Source: Spirochaetota bacterium (GTDB taxonomy: Bacteria; Spirochaetota; UBA4802; UBA5550). Taken from it: DNA of 64,000 nucleotides. The stretch spans positions 1,344,001 through 1,408,000 of the forward strand of contig OY760686.1 of NCBI GenBank assembly GCA_963663865.1. Direction: 5' to 3'. The notes beneath the pieces are model-generated. The model saw only the letters and a list, made by a program, of their open reading frames with translations. It made no database searches and was not told where the DNA came from. Position 1 is the stretch's first letter. The number at the start of each line of letters is the position of its first letter. Below are positions 18,758 to 28,650 of this stretch, one piece after another. The translations under genes and the position numbers were made by a program.

Positions 18758-20425
18758 ATGGATCAGATCAAAGAAGAGTATGGCGAATCAATTGACATGG
18801 AACATGTCGCTGATTCGGCGTTGGATGAGATTGAGCCGGGCAGCATAATCACCGGCGAAGTAGTTTCTGTAAATGGTGAGTATGTTTATGTCAGTATTGG
18901 AGCAAAGTCGGACGGAAGGGTGTCGCTTGATGAATTCAAGAACCAGCCTTCTGTCGGTGAAAAGCTCGAAGTCAAACTTCAGGGCACAAGGCTTGTGGAT
19001 GGGGTTTTTCAGCTTTCTGTTAAAGCTGCTGCTCAGGAAAAGCAGTGGAAGACTTTTATGGAAAAGCATCCAGACGGCACCGGTACAATCGAAGGTAGAG
19101 TCGTTTCAGCAATAAACAAGGGTAAACTTGTTGATTGTAATGGCTTTACAGCTTTTCTTCCTTTTTCGTTAAGCGCTGATCTCAAGGGTGTTTCTTCTAC
19201 AGATCATGAATACAGTTTCGTAATTAGAAGTATTGATAAAAGAAAAAAATCTGTCCTGATTTCACGGGTAGAAATAGTCGAAGAAGAAATGTCTCAGAAA
19301 TGGGCTTCCTTTGTGGAAAAATATTCTGAAGGCAGCAGAGTTCAGGGTCAGGTAATGAAGTTTGTAGAGTTTGGAGCGTTTGTCAGAGTCGACGGTATTG
19401 ACGCCCTTCTACATCGGAATGATATGTCCTGGAAGAATGTGTTCAACCAGAGAAAGATATTAAAACTCAACGAAACACGTGAATTTGTTATTCTGTCGAT
19501 AAATAACGAAACAAAAAAAGTATCAATCGGTTTGAAACAGCTCACATCAGACCCATGGGAAAATATTGAGTCCAGACTGAGCCAGGGCTCAAGAGTTAAA
19601 GGCACTGTTGTAAATATTATCAATTCCGGAGCTTTTGTGGAACTCGATGAAGAGGTGGAGGGCTTTGTTCCTAATACCGAGTTGTCATGGACCAAGACAA
19701 GTGTTCCTGCAAAGGATGTTTTCCAGAAGTCTCAGGAAGTTGAGCTGGTGGTATTATCCATAAACAAAGATGAGAAGCGCCTGCAGCTTGGTTATAGACA
19801 AACGCTCGATAATCCCTGGGAAACAATTGATCAGAGGTTACCGGTCGGTTCAGTACACAAAAAGGAAATCAGAAAGGTTGTAAGCTTCGGCCTCTTTGTA
19901 GAACTTGAGCCTGGGATTGACGGACTTGTTCATGTGTCCGATATAACATGGGAAGATGGACGTAAGAATCCCGAAGAAATGTTCAAGGCTGGCGAAGAGG
20001 TCGAGTTTAAAGTGCTTGAAATTCGAAAGAACGAGATGAAGATATCGTGCGGAATAAAGCAGCTCGAGAAGTCGCCATGGCAGGCAGTGGCAGAGAAGTA
20101 CAAGCCCAGAACTAAAGTTTCTGGTACTGTCTCAGGGATTACGAAGTTCGGTATCTTTGTTAAGCTGGAAGAGAAATTGGAAGGAATGGTACATATTTCA
20201 GAGGCCTCTAAAAGCAGGGTAGAGGATCTTTCAGAGATTTTCAAGGAAGGTGATGCCGTTGAAGCTGTTGTTATAGGCGTTGATATTAAGAAGAAAAAAA
20301 TATCATTGAGCATAAAACAGCTTGATATCCAGTCAGAAAAAGAAGAGATCAATAAACTACTAAACGAGACCAAACCTGGCGCTTTTACAATTGGCGATAT
20401 GGTAAATCTTAAACTCGGAGAATAG
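18758..20425 (+). CDS. rpsA: 30S ribosomal protein S1
   Basis: Six S1 repeats (FGAFV, FGLFVELEPGIDGLVHVSD, FGIFV); follows cmk. Confidence 0.95.
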   Translation: MDQIKEEYGESIDMEHVADSALDEIEPGSIITGEVVSVNGEYVYVSIGAKSDGRVSLDEFKNQPSVGEKLEVKLQGTRLVDGVFQLSVKAAAQEKQWKTFMEKHPDGTGTIEGRVVSAINKGKLVDCNGFTAFLPFSLSADLKGVSSTDHEYSFVIRSIDKRKKSVLISRVEIVEEEMSQKWASFVEKYSEGSRVQGQVMKFVEFGAFVRVDGIDALLHRNDMSWKNVFNQRKILKLNETREFVILSINNETKKVSIGLKQLTSDPWENIESRLSQGSRVKGTVVNIINSGAFVELDEEVEGFVPNTELSWTKTSVPAKDVFQKSQEVELVVLSINKDEKRLQLGYRQTLDNPWETIDQRLPVGSVHKKEIRKVVSFGLFVELEPGIDGLVHVSDITWEDGRKNPEEMFKAGEEVEFKVLEIRKNEMKISCGIKQLEKSPWQAVAEKYKPRTKVSGTVSGITKFGIFVKLEEKLEGMVHISEASKSRVEDLSEIFKEGDAVEAVVIGVDIKKKKISLSIKQLDIQSEKEEINKLLNETKPGAFTIGDMVNLKLGE

Positions 20426-20432
20426 CCCAGAC

Positions 20433-21140
20433 ATGACCAAGCAAAGAATTAAACACACTCAGTCCATTGATATAAAACGAAATCCGGTGGAACGGATACT
20501 TATGACTGTAAAAGACTTAATTGCTGCCAACAGGAAGAAAGTTCTTCTGGGTTTTGCAGGTTTAATGGTAGCTGCTGTTGTATTGATCGTAATTTCGTTT
20601 TTCGTGTCGAATTATTCCATAACTCAGACGGAGAAGTACGAAACCGTCATTGAAAAATACGCTAAAATTGATTCCAGTGACGTTGATTCGCTGAAGAAGT
20701 CAGCTGATGAACTCATTAATCTTGCAGACAATACAGCTTTTGGATTTGCATCTGAAATGCCTTACTATGTTGCAGGTAATATATACTTCAATATTGGGAA
20801 ATTCAGCGAGGCTGAGGATTTGCTGATGAAGTATGTTAAGAGTTCTTCTTCGGACATTTTTGTGCCTCTTGCGATTCTTAAGGCAGCAATAGCAGCGGAG
20901 GAGCAAGGCCAGATTGACAGGGCTCTTGACTATTGCAAAAAACTTGAGAAGCAGTACAGTGATGCGCCGATTCAGGATCAGGTTCTTTACAGCTCAGGAA
21001 GGCTTTATTCTTTGAAGGGCGACAGCAAGATGGCAAAAAAATACTATGATGATCTGATTCAGCTTTATCCACGTTCCAGAATGGCGGAGAGGGCTAAAAA
21101 GAGAGCTTTTTTTATCACTGATGCCGATTCGAACAAATGA
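20433..21140 (+). CDS. Membrane-anchored TPR protein (YfgM-like)
   Basis: One TM near the N-terminus followed by TPR helices ending YDDLIQLYPRS. Confidence 0.7.
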   Translation: MTKQRIKHTQSIDIKRNPVERILMTVKDLIAANRKKVLLGFAGLMVAAVVLIVISFFVSNYSITQTEKYETVIEKYAKIDSSDVDSLKKSADELINLADNTAFGFASEMPYYVAGNIYFNIGKFSEAEDLLMKYVKSSSSDIFVPLAILKAAIAAEEQGQIDRALDYCKKLEKQYSDAPIQDQVLYSSGRLYSLKGDSKMAKKYYDDLIQLYPRSRMAERAKKRAFFITDADSNK

Positions 21141-21273
21141 AAGCTTTAATGAGCGTATATTTTTGTTAATAATGCTTGACACATTTGCGGCTAAAAGCGG
21201 TAATTTAAAGAGTCTGGTTTTCTAAATCGGGAAGATATTTGAGAATATAAAATAAAACTGATGGAGTAATGTT

Positions 21274-21465
21274 GTGGCAGTTCCAAAGAGACGGAAATCA
21301 AAATCAAAATCCAGAATGAGAAGGTCCCACGATGCTATTGGGGTTCCATCGCTCAGACCCTGCCCTAAGTGTGGTGTATATACTCTTCCTCACAGGGTTT
21401 GTCAAGAGTGCGGATACTACAAAGGTATTTTAGTGGTTGAGAAAAAAGTCAAAATAGCTGAGTAG
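21274..21465 (+). CDS. rpmF: 50S ribosomal protein L32 (zinc-ribbon form)
   Basis: [26 protein letters not shown]. Confidence 0.97.
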   Translation: MAVPKRRKSKSKSRMRRSHDAIGVPSLRPCPKCGVYTLPHRVCQECGYYKGILVVEKKVKIAE

Positions 21466-21493
21466 TTTGACTATTAACCTGGTTGCATATTAC

Positions 21494-21520
21494 AGGGATG
21501 CCTTTGAGGCATCCCTTTTT
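21494..21520 (+). terminator. Intrinsic terminator after rpmF
   Basis: AGGGATGCCT-TTG-AGGCATCCCT then T-run. Confidence 0.75.
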
Positions 21521-21600
21521 GCATTTAGCTTGACATAACATAGTTCATTATTATTTAATTATATGCTATAAAGCCAAAATAACTAATACCTGAGAATAAA

Positions 21601-21834
21601 ATGGAATACACTTTAAACAGAGTTCGCTCGATTATCTCGGATCAGCTTGGCATTCCATATGAAAGTCTCACTTCAGAGATTCTTCTTGAAGGTGAAGCAG
21701 GTATTGATTCAATTGATATGGTAGAGCTCTTAATGGCAATTGAGACCGAGTTTGATATCGACTTATGCGGGACAGATATCTCCAGGTATAAAACAATAGC
21801 TGATATTGTGGAATGGGTGAAGGCACAGAAGTAG
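21601..21834 (+). CDS. acpP: Acyl carrier protein (divergent)
   Basis: 77 aa acidic, GIDSIDMVELLMAIETEFDI with phosphopantetheine Ser; upstream of rnc. Confidence 0.8.
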   Translation: MEYTLNRVRSIISDQLGIPYESLTSEILLEGEAGIDSIDMVELLMAIETEFDIDLCGTDISRYKTIADIVEWVKAQK

Positions 21835-21895
21835 AAGCGATATGATGAAAAAATAGCGTTATTCGGCTAAACAAATAATATTAAGAAAATGAATT

Positions 21896-22651
21896 ATGCA
21901 AGAGAACATAAATAAAGACAGCAGCGGCAAAAAACGCAGAAAAAACCGACAAAGACAGCTCGAAAAGTTGCAAACCATTCTCAGAGTCAAATTCAAGAAC
22001 AACTCAATTTTAAACCGTGCGCTGGTACACCGCTCCTTTGTTAACGAGTCCGGCTTTGATGTTCATGATAATGAGAGGCTTGAATATCTGGGGGATTCAG
22101 TTCTGGGCCTCATAGTAAATGAATATCTTTTTAAGCATTTCGAGATGTACCATGAGGGCGATTTAGCCAAAATAAAGTCTGTCGTAGTATCAGAAGATAT
22201 TCTTTGCAGGATATCAACAAAACTCAATATTGGCGGATTTCTCCTGATGGGTAAAGGCGAGGAGAACAGCGGTGGAAGAGAGAGGCCTTCTATTCTTGCG
22301 GACACTCTCGAGGCAATAATCGGAGCGATGTATCTTGACCTTGGTCTTAAGGAAACAAGGAAATTTGTTTTAGGACAGATCAAGGAACATATTGACAGGG
22401 TCGATTCGCTTACATATTTGAGGGATCCAAAAACAGCACTACAGGAATATGTGCAAAAAAAATACAAGAACAGGCCGGCTTACATCGTAGTTGAAGAAAA
22501 CGGACCGGACCACAATAAAGAGTTCAAGGTAAATCTCGAGATAAACGGACATATTGTTGCTTCGGGGATGGGTCCCAGTAAGAGAAAAGCTGAAATGAAT
22601 GCCGCTAAACTTGCGTTAAAGGAAATTGATAGAGGAGGGGAGCGCCTATGA
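21896..22651 (+). CDS. rnc: Ribonuclease III
   Basis: NERLEYLGDSVL, ADTLEAIIGA, dsRBD DPKTALQE...GPDH. Confidence 0.97.
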   Translation: MQENINKDSSGKKRRKNRQRQLEKLQTILRVKFKNNSILNRALVHRSFVNESGFDVHDNERLEYLGDSVLGLIVNEYLFKHFEMYHEGDLAKIKSVVVSEDILCRISTKLNIGGFLLMGKGEENSGGRERPSILADTLEAIIGAMYLDLGLKETRKFVLGQIKEHIDRVDSLTYLRDPKTALQEYVQKKYKNRPAYIVVEENGPDHNKEFKVNLEINGHIVASGMGPSKRKAEMNAAKLALKEIDRGGERL

Positions 22652-23100
22652 GCGAGGATAGGTGCCAGCCTCGAGTCAGGGTTGCCGGGATAATCATTAA
22701 GGATGGAGCCGTTCTTATGATAGCTCACAAGAAGGGAGATGCGAGATATTGGCTTCTGCCTGGGGGTGGAGTCGCGTGTATGGAAACCCTTGATGAGGCG
22801 CTCAGGCGGGAATTCATAGAAGAGCTTAGTATTGAAGTTGAAGTCGGGGATGTGGCTTTAATAGCTGATTCTATAGATACTGAAACAGACAGGCACATCA
22901 TTAATATCTGCTTTATGTGCAGACATTTATCAGGGGAGCACAGGCTGGGGACTGAAGAGATTCTGGATAGTTACGGCTATTTTAAACCGGAAGATCTGGC
23001 GGATATGACAGTTTATCCTCCGATTAACAGCGAATTAAAAAGCATTGTGCAGGGCATGATGAAGAGTATATATTTAGGTAGATTATGGCTAAAAAAATAG
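22648..23100 (+). CDS. NUDIX hydrolase
   Basis: Nudix box GGGVACMETLDEALRREFIEEL. Confidence 0.9.
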   Translation: MSEDRCQPRVRVAGIIIKDGAVLMIAHKKGDARYWLLPGGGVACMETLDEALRREFIEELSIEVEVGDVALIADSIDTETDRHIINICFMCRHLSGEHRLGTEEILDSYGYFKPEDLADMTVYPPINSELKSIVQGMMKSIYLGRLWLKK

Positions 23101-24170
23101 ACCGGATTGAGGCTATATGTCCATCCAGCAGCTACGATATTTTAATAGGTAATGGAATACTAAATCAGGTACTTTCTGAATACAAACCCTTCAAAAAAAA
23201 CGATATATTATGCATGATCGTAAGTAAAAAGGTTTATTCCCTTCATAATCAAACAATTGATATACTCCGGAAAGAATTAGATGTCAGGGCATTTCTTGAA
23301 TTTGAGGATTCAGAAGAATCCAAATCTTTTATTGAAGCGGAATCCTTTCTAAAAAGGATGGTTGAATCCGGGCTTACAAGAAAATCGGTCGTTCTGGGTA
23401 TCGGCGGTGGTGTTACAGGAGATTTCTCATCCTTTTGCGCATCAATTTACATGAGGGGGATTCCCTTTATTAATATTCCAACAACACTTCTTGCCATGGT
23501 CGATTCGAGCATTGGTGGAAAAACAGCCGTAAACCTTGGAATGGGTAAAAACATAGTGGGCACTTTTTTTCAGCCTCAATTTGTTGTGGCCGACACAGCC
23601 TTTATTAAAACGCTTCCTGAAAATGAAATTCACAATGGTCTTGCAGAAATCATAAAGCATGGTCTTCTTGGAGAATCGGAAACGCTTGAAATACTCGGGA
23701 AAAATGAGTTTTCGACTCTTGACGAAGATGACTTTCAAAGACTAATTTTTCTCTCGGCTCTTTTCAAATCATCTGTCGTGGAAAGAGATGAGAAAGAATC
23801 CGGGCTGCGAGCTATTTTAAACCTGGGTCATACCGTGGGGCATTCTCTTGAATCAATAATGCAGTACCGGGGAATTTCACATGGTGAAGCTGTTGCTCTC
23901 GGAATTGAAGTTGAGGCTGAGATCTCCCTGAGGCTTCAAATGATAAGCCCGCAGGAGAAAGAGAAAATTTCGTCGTTGCTGAAACGATACGGCATGATGA
24001 GTAAGCTTCAAGGAATAAAAAAAGAGGAAGTTGTTGCTCATATGTCGTATGATAAAAAAAACAGCTCAGGGAAAATGAATTTTGTGCTTCTGGAAGGCAT
24101 AGGAAAACCAGTGTACAACATTCAGGTACCTGAGAAGTGTATTCATGATTCATTAGATTCTATACTCTGA
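23085..24170 (+). CDS. aroB: 3-dehydroquinate synthase
   Basis: GGGVTGD, PTTLLAMVDSSIGGKT, LNLGHTVGH, HGEAVA, DKK. Confidence 0.96.
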   Translation: MAKKIDRIEAICPSSSYDILIGNGILNQVLSEYKPFKKNDILCMIVSKKVYSLHNQTIDILRKELDVRAFLEFEDSEESKSFIEAESFLKRMVESGLTRKSVVLGIGGGVTGDFSSFCASIYMRGIPFINIPTTLLAMVDSSIGGKTAVNLGMGKNIVGTFFQPQFVVADTAFIKTLPENEIHNGLAEIIKHGLLGESETLEILGKNEFSTLDEDDFQRLIFLSALFKSSVVERDEKESGLRAILNLGHTVGHSLESIMQYRGISHGEAVALGIEVEAEISLRLQMISPQEKEKISSLLKRYGMMSKLQGIKKEEVVAHMSYDKKNSSGKMNFVLLEGIGKPVYNIQVPEKCIHDSLDSIL

Positions 24171-24177
24171 TTGACGC

Positions 24178-24546
24178 TTGTATCTGGAGGCACACTTGGC
24201 AGACGGTCTGAGATATTCAGTACATGATTATGAAGGGATAAAAGTCCTGGATGTTATTGGCAGTGTTAACGCTGTCACTGCGCATCAGATTGTTTCCGTC
24301 ATAGACAGGATAACTGAGAAGGAAAGCATGATTTTGAATATGCAGAATGTCCATCTGGTTACCTCCGCCGGAATTGATGCTGTAGTTGATGTATCTGTCA
24401 GAGCGAAAGCAAAAGAAAAAAGGGTTGTTCTTCTCTGGGCTGATTCAGCGGTTAAGAAGATGGCTGAAACCTTTGATTATTATTCACTGCTGGTATTTGC
24501 CGAAAGCCTTGAAGAAGGGGCGATGAAAATTGAATACTATACCTAA
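24178..24546 (+). CDS. STAS-domain (anti-sigma antagonist-like) protein
   Basis: LNMQNVHLVTSAGIDAVV STAS pattern. Confidence 0.75.
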   Translation: MYLEAHLADGLRYSVHDYEGIKVLDVIGSVNAVTAHQIVSVIDRITEKESMILNMQNVHLVTSAGIDAVVDVSVRAKAKEKRVVLLWADSAVKKMAETFDYYSLLVFAESLEEGAMKIEYYT

Positions 24547-24550
24547 ATCC

Positions 24551-25312
24551 TCAGTTTCTGGGGAAGAGGTGAACCTGAGGCCTTCCGCTGTATATGTTGC
24601 GTGAAATAAGGACTTCGACGCCGAAATACTTCCGGATTATATCTGCGGTTATGTCGTTTGGATCAATATGTTCACTGATTGTCCCATTGTTCATGAAATA
24701 AACAGAATCTGCAGTATGAAACAAATATGTCAGGTCATGGTCGGACAAAACGACTGATCTCTTGCCAGTGGCAGTGTAGCGTTTTATCTCTCTTTGCAGG
24801 CATTGAACACCATTAAGGTCAAGTGATGTAAATGCGTTGTCTAACAACATGAGCTCTGCTTCCCTGACAAACGTGAAAATAATTTTAGCAAGCTTCATCT
24901 GGGAGTCCGTTAAAACTGAAAGCTTTCTGTTTAAAAGATGGGTCATATTGAATCTGTCAGAATATGAAATGACAGTTTCCTTTGACTCTTTTGAATGCGG
25001 GCTGAAAAGCTTTTTCTTGAAGTTAAGCGATGAAAGAAGATATTGCCAGAGGGTGTCATTTGTGTTATAAGGATTTGATTGAGATAATGTTGAGGCAATC
25101 AAATCCCTGTTAATACTATTTGACGAGACTCGCTTCCAGAACGGAAGATTTTGTTCTGCTGAAAGCTTGCCGTAAATACAGCTGAGAAGCAGCGACTTAC
25201 ACGACTCCGGCGGGCCGGCTATACCGATGATTTCTCCGTCATTTATTGAAATATTAATATTTTTTATCAGAGATTTTTTTGCCGGGTATGATTCGATGTT
25301 TACCTTTATCAT
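24551..25312 (-). CDS. ABC-type ATP-binding protein with degenerate motifs (FecE/FepC-like C-terminus)
   Basis: GEIIGIAGPPESCKS, LTDSQ, LMLLDNAFTSLD, SDHDL, C-terminal IIRKYFGVEV. Confidence 0.75.
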   Translation of the reverse strand: MIKVNIESYPAKKSLIKNINISINDGEIIGIAGPPESCKSLLLSCIYGKLSAEQNLPFWKRVSSNSINRDLIASTLSQSNPYNTNDTLWQYLLSSLNFKKKLFSPHSKESKETVISYSDRFNMTHLLNRKLSVLTDSQMKLAKIIFTFVREAELMLLDNAFTSLDLNGVQCLQREIKRYTATGKRSVVLSDHDLTYLFHTADSVYFMNNGTISEHIDPNDITADIIRKYFGVEVLISRNIYSGRPQVHLFPRN

Positions 25313-26949
25313 TGCTGAGCGTTATCCTGCGGAAGTATGTCCTTTCCATGCTGTGTATTGCCGTCATCATTCGTGGCAGGTTCAGGTTTGAGCAACTTCG
25401 CTTCAGGTTTTATCTGCGTTTTATTCTTAATCTCTTCACTTGTCTCATCTTCTATTTCATGAGTCTCATTTTTCTGTTCGCTCTTATCTGTTATTAATTT
25501 TTCAGATTCAGCCTGTTTTGTCGGTTCAAGAGATTTTCTGTATTCCTGCATTACAGCAATGAAGTCTTTCTCTTTTTCTGCTTTTTCTTTTATTGAACTG
25601 TCATACAGAATGGGGGTCAATATTCTCCCGGCTTTTTCGACCATGTCGGAACGGGCACAGGCAAGGGCATGCAGATATCTGTCCTGATTAGACATGGAGG
25701 TTATAAGGCTGAAGGTTTTTTCAGCTTTTGTGTACTTTTTAAGATAAAAAGACGATTTTGCTGAAATAAGAAGGAGTTCGTTGGCTGGTTTAATCTCTAT
25801 AAGATTGTCGGCAATCTCTTCCGATCTGGTGTATGATTTCTTGTCAAAGCTGGCCCTGGCTAGTATGTTGAGCGCGGTGTAGTATGAGCGTCTGACGCCG
25901 GTTTCAGATTTTGCAATTTTATTAAAAAGTCTGTTAAAGATTTCAATATACTTATCATCACCCTGACTGTAATATATGCTGCCGAGCTGGAGAAGACATC
26001 CTGGATCGTTAGGCTTTATCGCGGACGCAGTTTGAAGTGTTTTAATGGCATTGTCATAGTCTCTTTGTTTGATGTAGACTGCTGACTCAATCAACAACGG
26101 GTCGATGTTGCTCCGGTCCAGACTGTGAGCCCTCGAAGAATGCTCAAGCGCCCTGTCGTAGCTGTTAACAGCATAATATGCCCGGCATAGCTTGGTATGC
26201 AGTATCGATTCTGTTTTGCTATCTAAAAAACCGAATTCGAGAGCTTTCTCCAGGTGGGGGACTGCCTCTGAATACCTTCCCATGTTGATGAGCGAATCTG
26301 CAAGCGCGATATGCGCAGCTGCGTGAATCGGGACTTTATCAACCACCTCTTTGAAGTATGACGAGGCCTGAGAGTCTTTCCCCGAAGAAGAAAGGATGAG
26401 GGCTATTTCAAATCTGGGGGCAAGAAAATCCCTGTCCATGCCGGCAGCCTCTCGGAGAATAGAGAGCGCTTTTTCCGGATCACTCCGCTTGAGATTAATA
26501 GCTGTTGTATACTTTTCAATTGCTTCGGGATTGTCTGTCCAGAGAAGCCTGTTGATTAGCTTCTCAACCTTTTCGCGCGCTGAGTTATCTCTGAGCCTGC
26601 GCCACATATTCTTTGAAGTCCTGGCGAGAGACTGCGTGTCTCCCCGCTGCTCGGACAGAACAACAAGGTTCCAATAGGAATTGACGAGATACTTCCGGGT
26701 TGTAGGCCTTTCAGTGGCAAGCCTGTAATACTTTTCGGCTTCAGTGAAGTTGCCCTGCAGCTTCTCTATCTCTCCGAGGAAATAGTAGCTGTTGCCGCTT
26801 TTTGAGGTCTCAGCAGCTTTTAAAAACAGCTCTTTTGCCCTGTCATACTTTTTGTAAACGAAGCTGCTCCTTGCCTGTGAGTAATAATCGGCGTAAACAG
26901 CCGATGAAAAAGTAGTCAGTATTATGGCTATTGGAATAATTATTTTCAT
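25309..26949 (-). CDS. Exported TPR-repeat protein with charged low-complexity tail
   Basis: Signal peptide (..SSAVYA), multiple TPRs (YYFLGEIE, AHIALADSL, LLQLGSIYY). Confidence 0.8.
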   Translation of the reverse strand: MKIIIPIAIILTTFSSAVYADYYSQARSSFVYKKYDRAKELFLKAAETSKSGNSYYFLGEIEKLQGNFTEAEKYYRLATERPTTRKYLVNSYWNLVVLSEQRGDTQSLARTSKNMWRRLRDNSAREKVEKLINRLLWTDNPEAIEKYTTAINLKRSDPEKALSILREAAGMDRDFLAPRFEIALILSSSGKDSQASSYFKEVVDKVPIHAAAHIALADSLINMGRYSEAVPHLEKALEFGFLDSKTESILHTKLCRAYYAVNSYDRALEHSSRAHSLDRSNIDPLLIESAVYIKQRDYDNAIKTLQTASAIKPNDPGCLLQLGSIYYSQGDDKYIEIFNRLFNKIAKSETGVRRSYYTALNILARASFDKKSYTRSEEIADNLIEIKPANELLLISAKSSFYLKKYTKAEKTFSLITSMSNQDRYLHALACARSDMVEKAGRILTPILYDSSIKEKAEKEKDFIAVMQEYRKSLEPTKQAESEKLITDKSEQKNETHEIEDETSEEIKNKTQIKPEAKLLKPEPATNDDGNTQHGKDILPQDNAQQ

Positions 26950-27064
26950 TTTTAAGTTCCGGGTACGGCCTGAGGGCCGTTATTATTTACTTGATTTATT
27001 CATTCTATCAATGCATTTGTCAACATATTTTGACCGCTATCCATTGCCATAATCGGGTTATATA

Positions 27065-28612
27065 ATGAGTTCATTGATTCGTTCTACCGGCATTATCGCC
27101 GCTTCAACTCTTGCCAGCAGGGTAATGGGTTTTCTCAGAGACATGCTCATGGCGTCGTTTTTTGGCGCAACCGGTTCAACCGACGCCTTTTTTGTGGCTT
27201 TTAAGATTCCAAATCTTTTCAGAAGGTTTGTGGCCGAGGGCTCCCTGACTATTTCCTTTATACCGGTTTATACCGATTATTTGTTAAAAAAAGGGGAGGA
27301 TGAGGCTCTGTGGCTGGCGCAAAAAACTTTTTCAATTCTCATACTTATCCTGATAACAATTATAGGTGTGGGAGAGTTTTTCTCGCCGGAAATTGTGAAG
27401 CTGTTCGCGATGGGGTTCTCTGACCAGACCAGCTATTTTCTTGCTGTTGATTTGACACGCATTATGTTTCCGTATCTTTTTTTTGTAAGCCTTGTGGCTT
27501 TTTCAATGGGTGTCCTGAATTCCAGGGGTTATTTTTTCGCACCTGCTTTCGCACCTGTTTTCCTCAATGTCGGAATGATAACCGGTATTATTGTTTTGAG
27601 TTCATTTTTTACTCAGCCGCTGTACGGAGTTGCTGTAGGTGTTATTGCCGGCGGTGTGATGCAGGTAATTCTTCAGATTCCATATCTTATTAAGGCCGGA
27701 TTCCGGATGAAGCTTTCATTTGATTTTCGACATCCGGGTATCAGGAAAATAATGAAGCTGCTTGGTCCGGCCGTCTTCGGTATGGCGATTTATCAGATTA
27801 ACAGCGTAGTGCTGACGGTACTTGCTTCATTTCTGGACGCAGGAAGTATAAGCTATATATACTACTCCGACCGTTTAACTGAGCTTGTCCTGGGGGTATT
27901 TATTGTTTCGATTGGCAATGCGATACTGCCCAGTTTGTCACGTCACACATCTAACGATGATGTTGAAGGCCTGAAAGCGCTGTACTTAAAGTCGATATCG
28001 GGGGCCTTTGTTCTTGCGCTTCCAGCTGCGGTAATTCTGACAGTTTTCGGGTATCAGATTATATCAGTACTGTTTTTAAGAAATGAGTTCACTCCAAACG
28101 ATGCATTGATGACCTATCGAGCGTTGTTTTACGCAGGGCTTGGTCTATTGCCGGTTTCAATTCTGAGGCTGACTACCCCCGTTTATTATGCCATGAAGGA
28201 CACAAGGACACCTGTAAGGATTTCAGCTGTTTCTATGATTATCAATCTGGGGCTTGGAGCGCTGCTGATGAGAACCGGACTTAAGCATGCCGGACTCACT
28301 CTCGCTTTGTCTGTCGCTACTACCGTTCAGGTAATTTTACTTGTTGCCGTTTTGAGGAAAAGAACAGGGCCTATGGGTATTAAGAAATACATTCGGGGAT
28401 TGGCCGGCACTCTTGCAGCCTCTGCTGTTATGGGTGCTGTGTTTTTCTTAATGAGAGATATTGCTGACTGGAATGATGCTTCGCTGCCTTGCAGAGCAGG
28501 AGCTTTGACTGCGTCTTTAGTGACAGGGGCATTGGCTTTTCTGATAGTCAGTTACGCAGCTGGTGTCGGAGAGGTAAGGTTTATTATAAGGCGTTTTATT
28601 TTTCGGAAATAA
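27065..28612 (+). CDS. murJ: Lipid II flippase MurJ (MviN)
   Basis: SRVMGFLRD, DAFFVAFKIPNLFRRFVAEG, YYSDRLTEL, DTRTPV; many TMs. Confidence 0.95.
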   Translation: MSSLIRSTGIIAASTLASRVMGFLRDMLMASFFGATGSTDAFFVAFKIPNLFRRFVAEGSLTISFIPVYTDYLLKKGEDEALWLAQKTFSILILILITIIGVGEFFSPEIVKLFAMGFSDQTSYFLAVDLTRIMFPYLFFVSLVAFSMGVLNSRGYFFAPAFAPVFLNVGMITGIIVLSSFFTQPLYGVAVGVIAGGVMQVILQIPYLIKAGFRMKLSFDFRHPGIRKIMKLLGPAVFGMAIYQINSVVLTVLASFLDAGSISYIYYSDRLTELVLGVFIVSIGNAILPSLSRHTSNDDVEGLKALYLKSISGAFVLALPAAVILTVFGYQIISVLFLRNEFTPNDALMTYRALFYAGLGLLPVSILRLTTPVYYAMKDTRTPVRISAVSMIINLGLGALLMRTGLKHAGLTLALSVATTVQVILLVAVLRKRTGPMGIKKYIRGLAGTLAASAVMGAVFFLMRDIADWNDASLPCRAGALTASLVTGALAFLIVSYAAGVGEVRFIIRRFIFRK

Positions 28613-28617
28613 TGTCA

Positions 28618-28650
28618 TGGGGAGGGCCATTATCCCCCCCCAAAAAAAAT
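28618..28650 (-). terminator. Terminator between convergent murJ and GMC gene
   Basis: TGGGGAGGG...CCCCCCCCA stem; the adjacent A8 run lies 5' of the stem on the minus strand, so polarity is uncertain. Confidence 0.35.

Noticed and set aside
13900-26000. Apparently AT-richer stretch as horizontally acquired DNA
   Set aside because: Impression by eye only, not computed; content is core genes in conserved order with no mobility genes.
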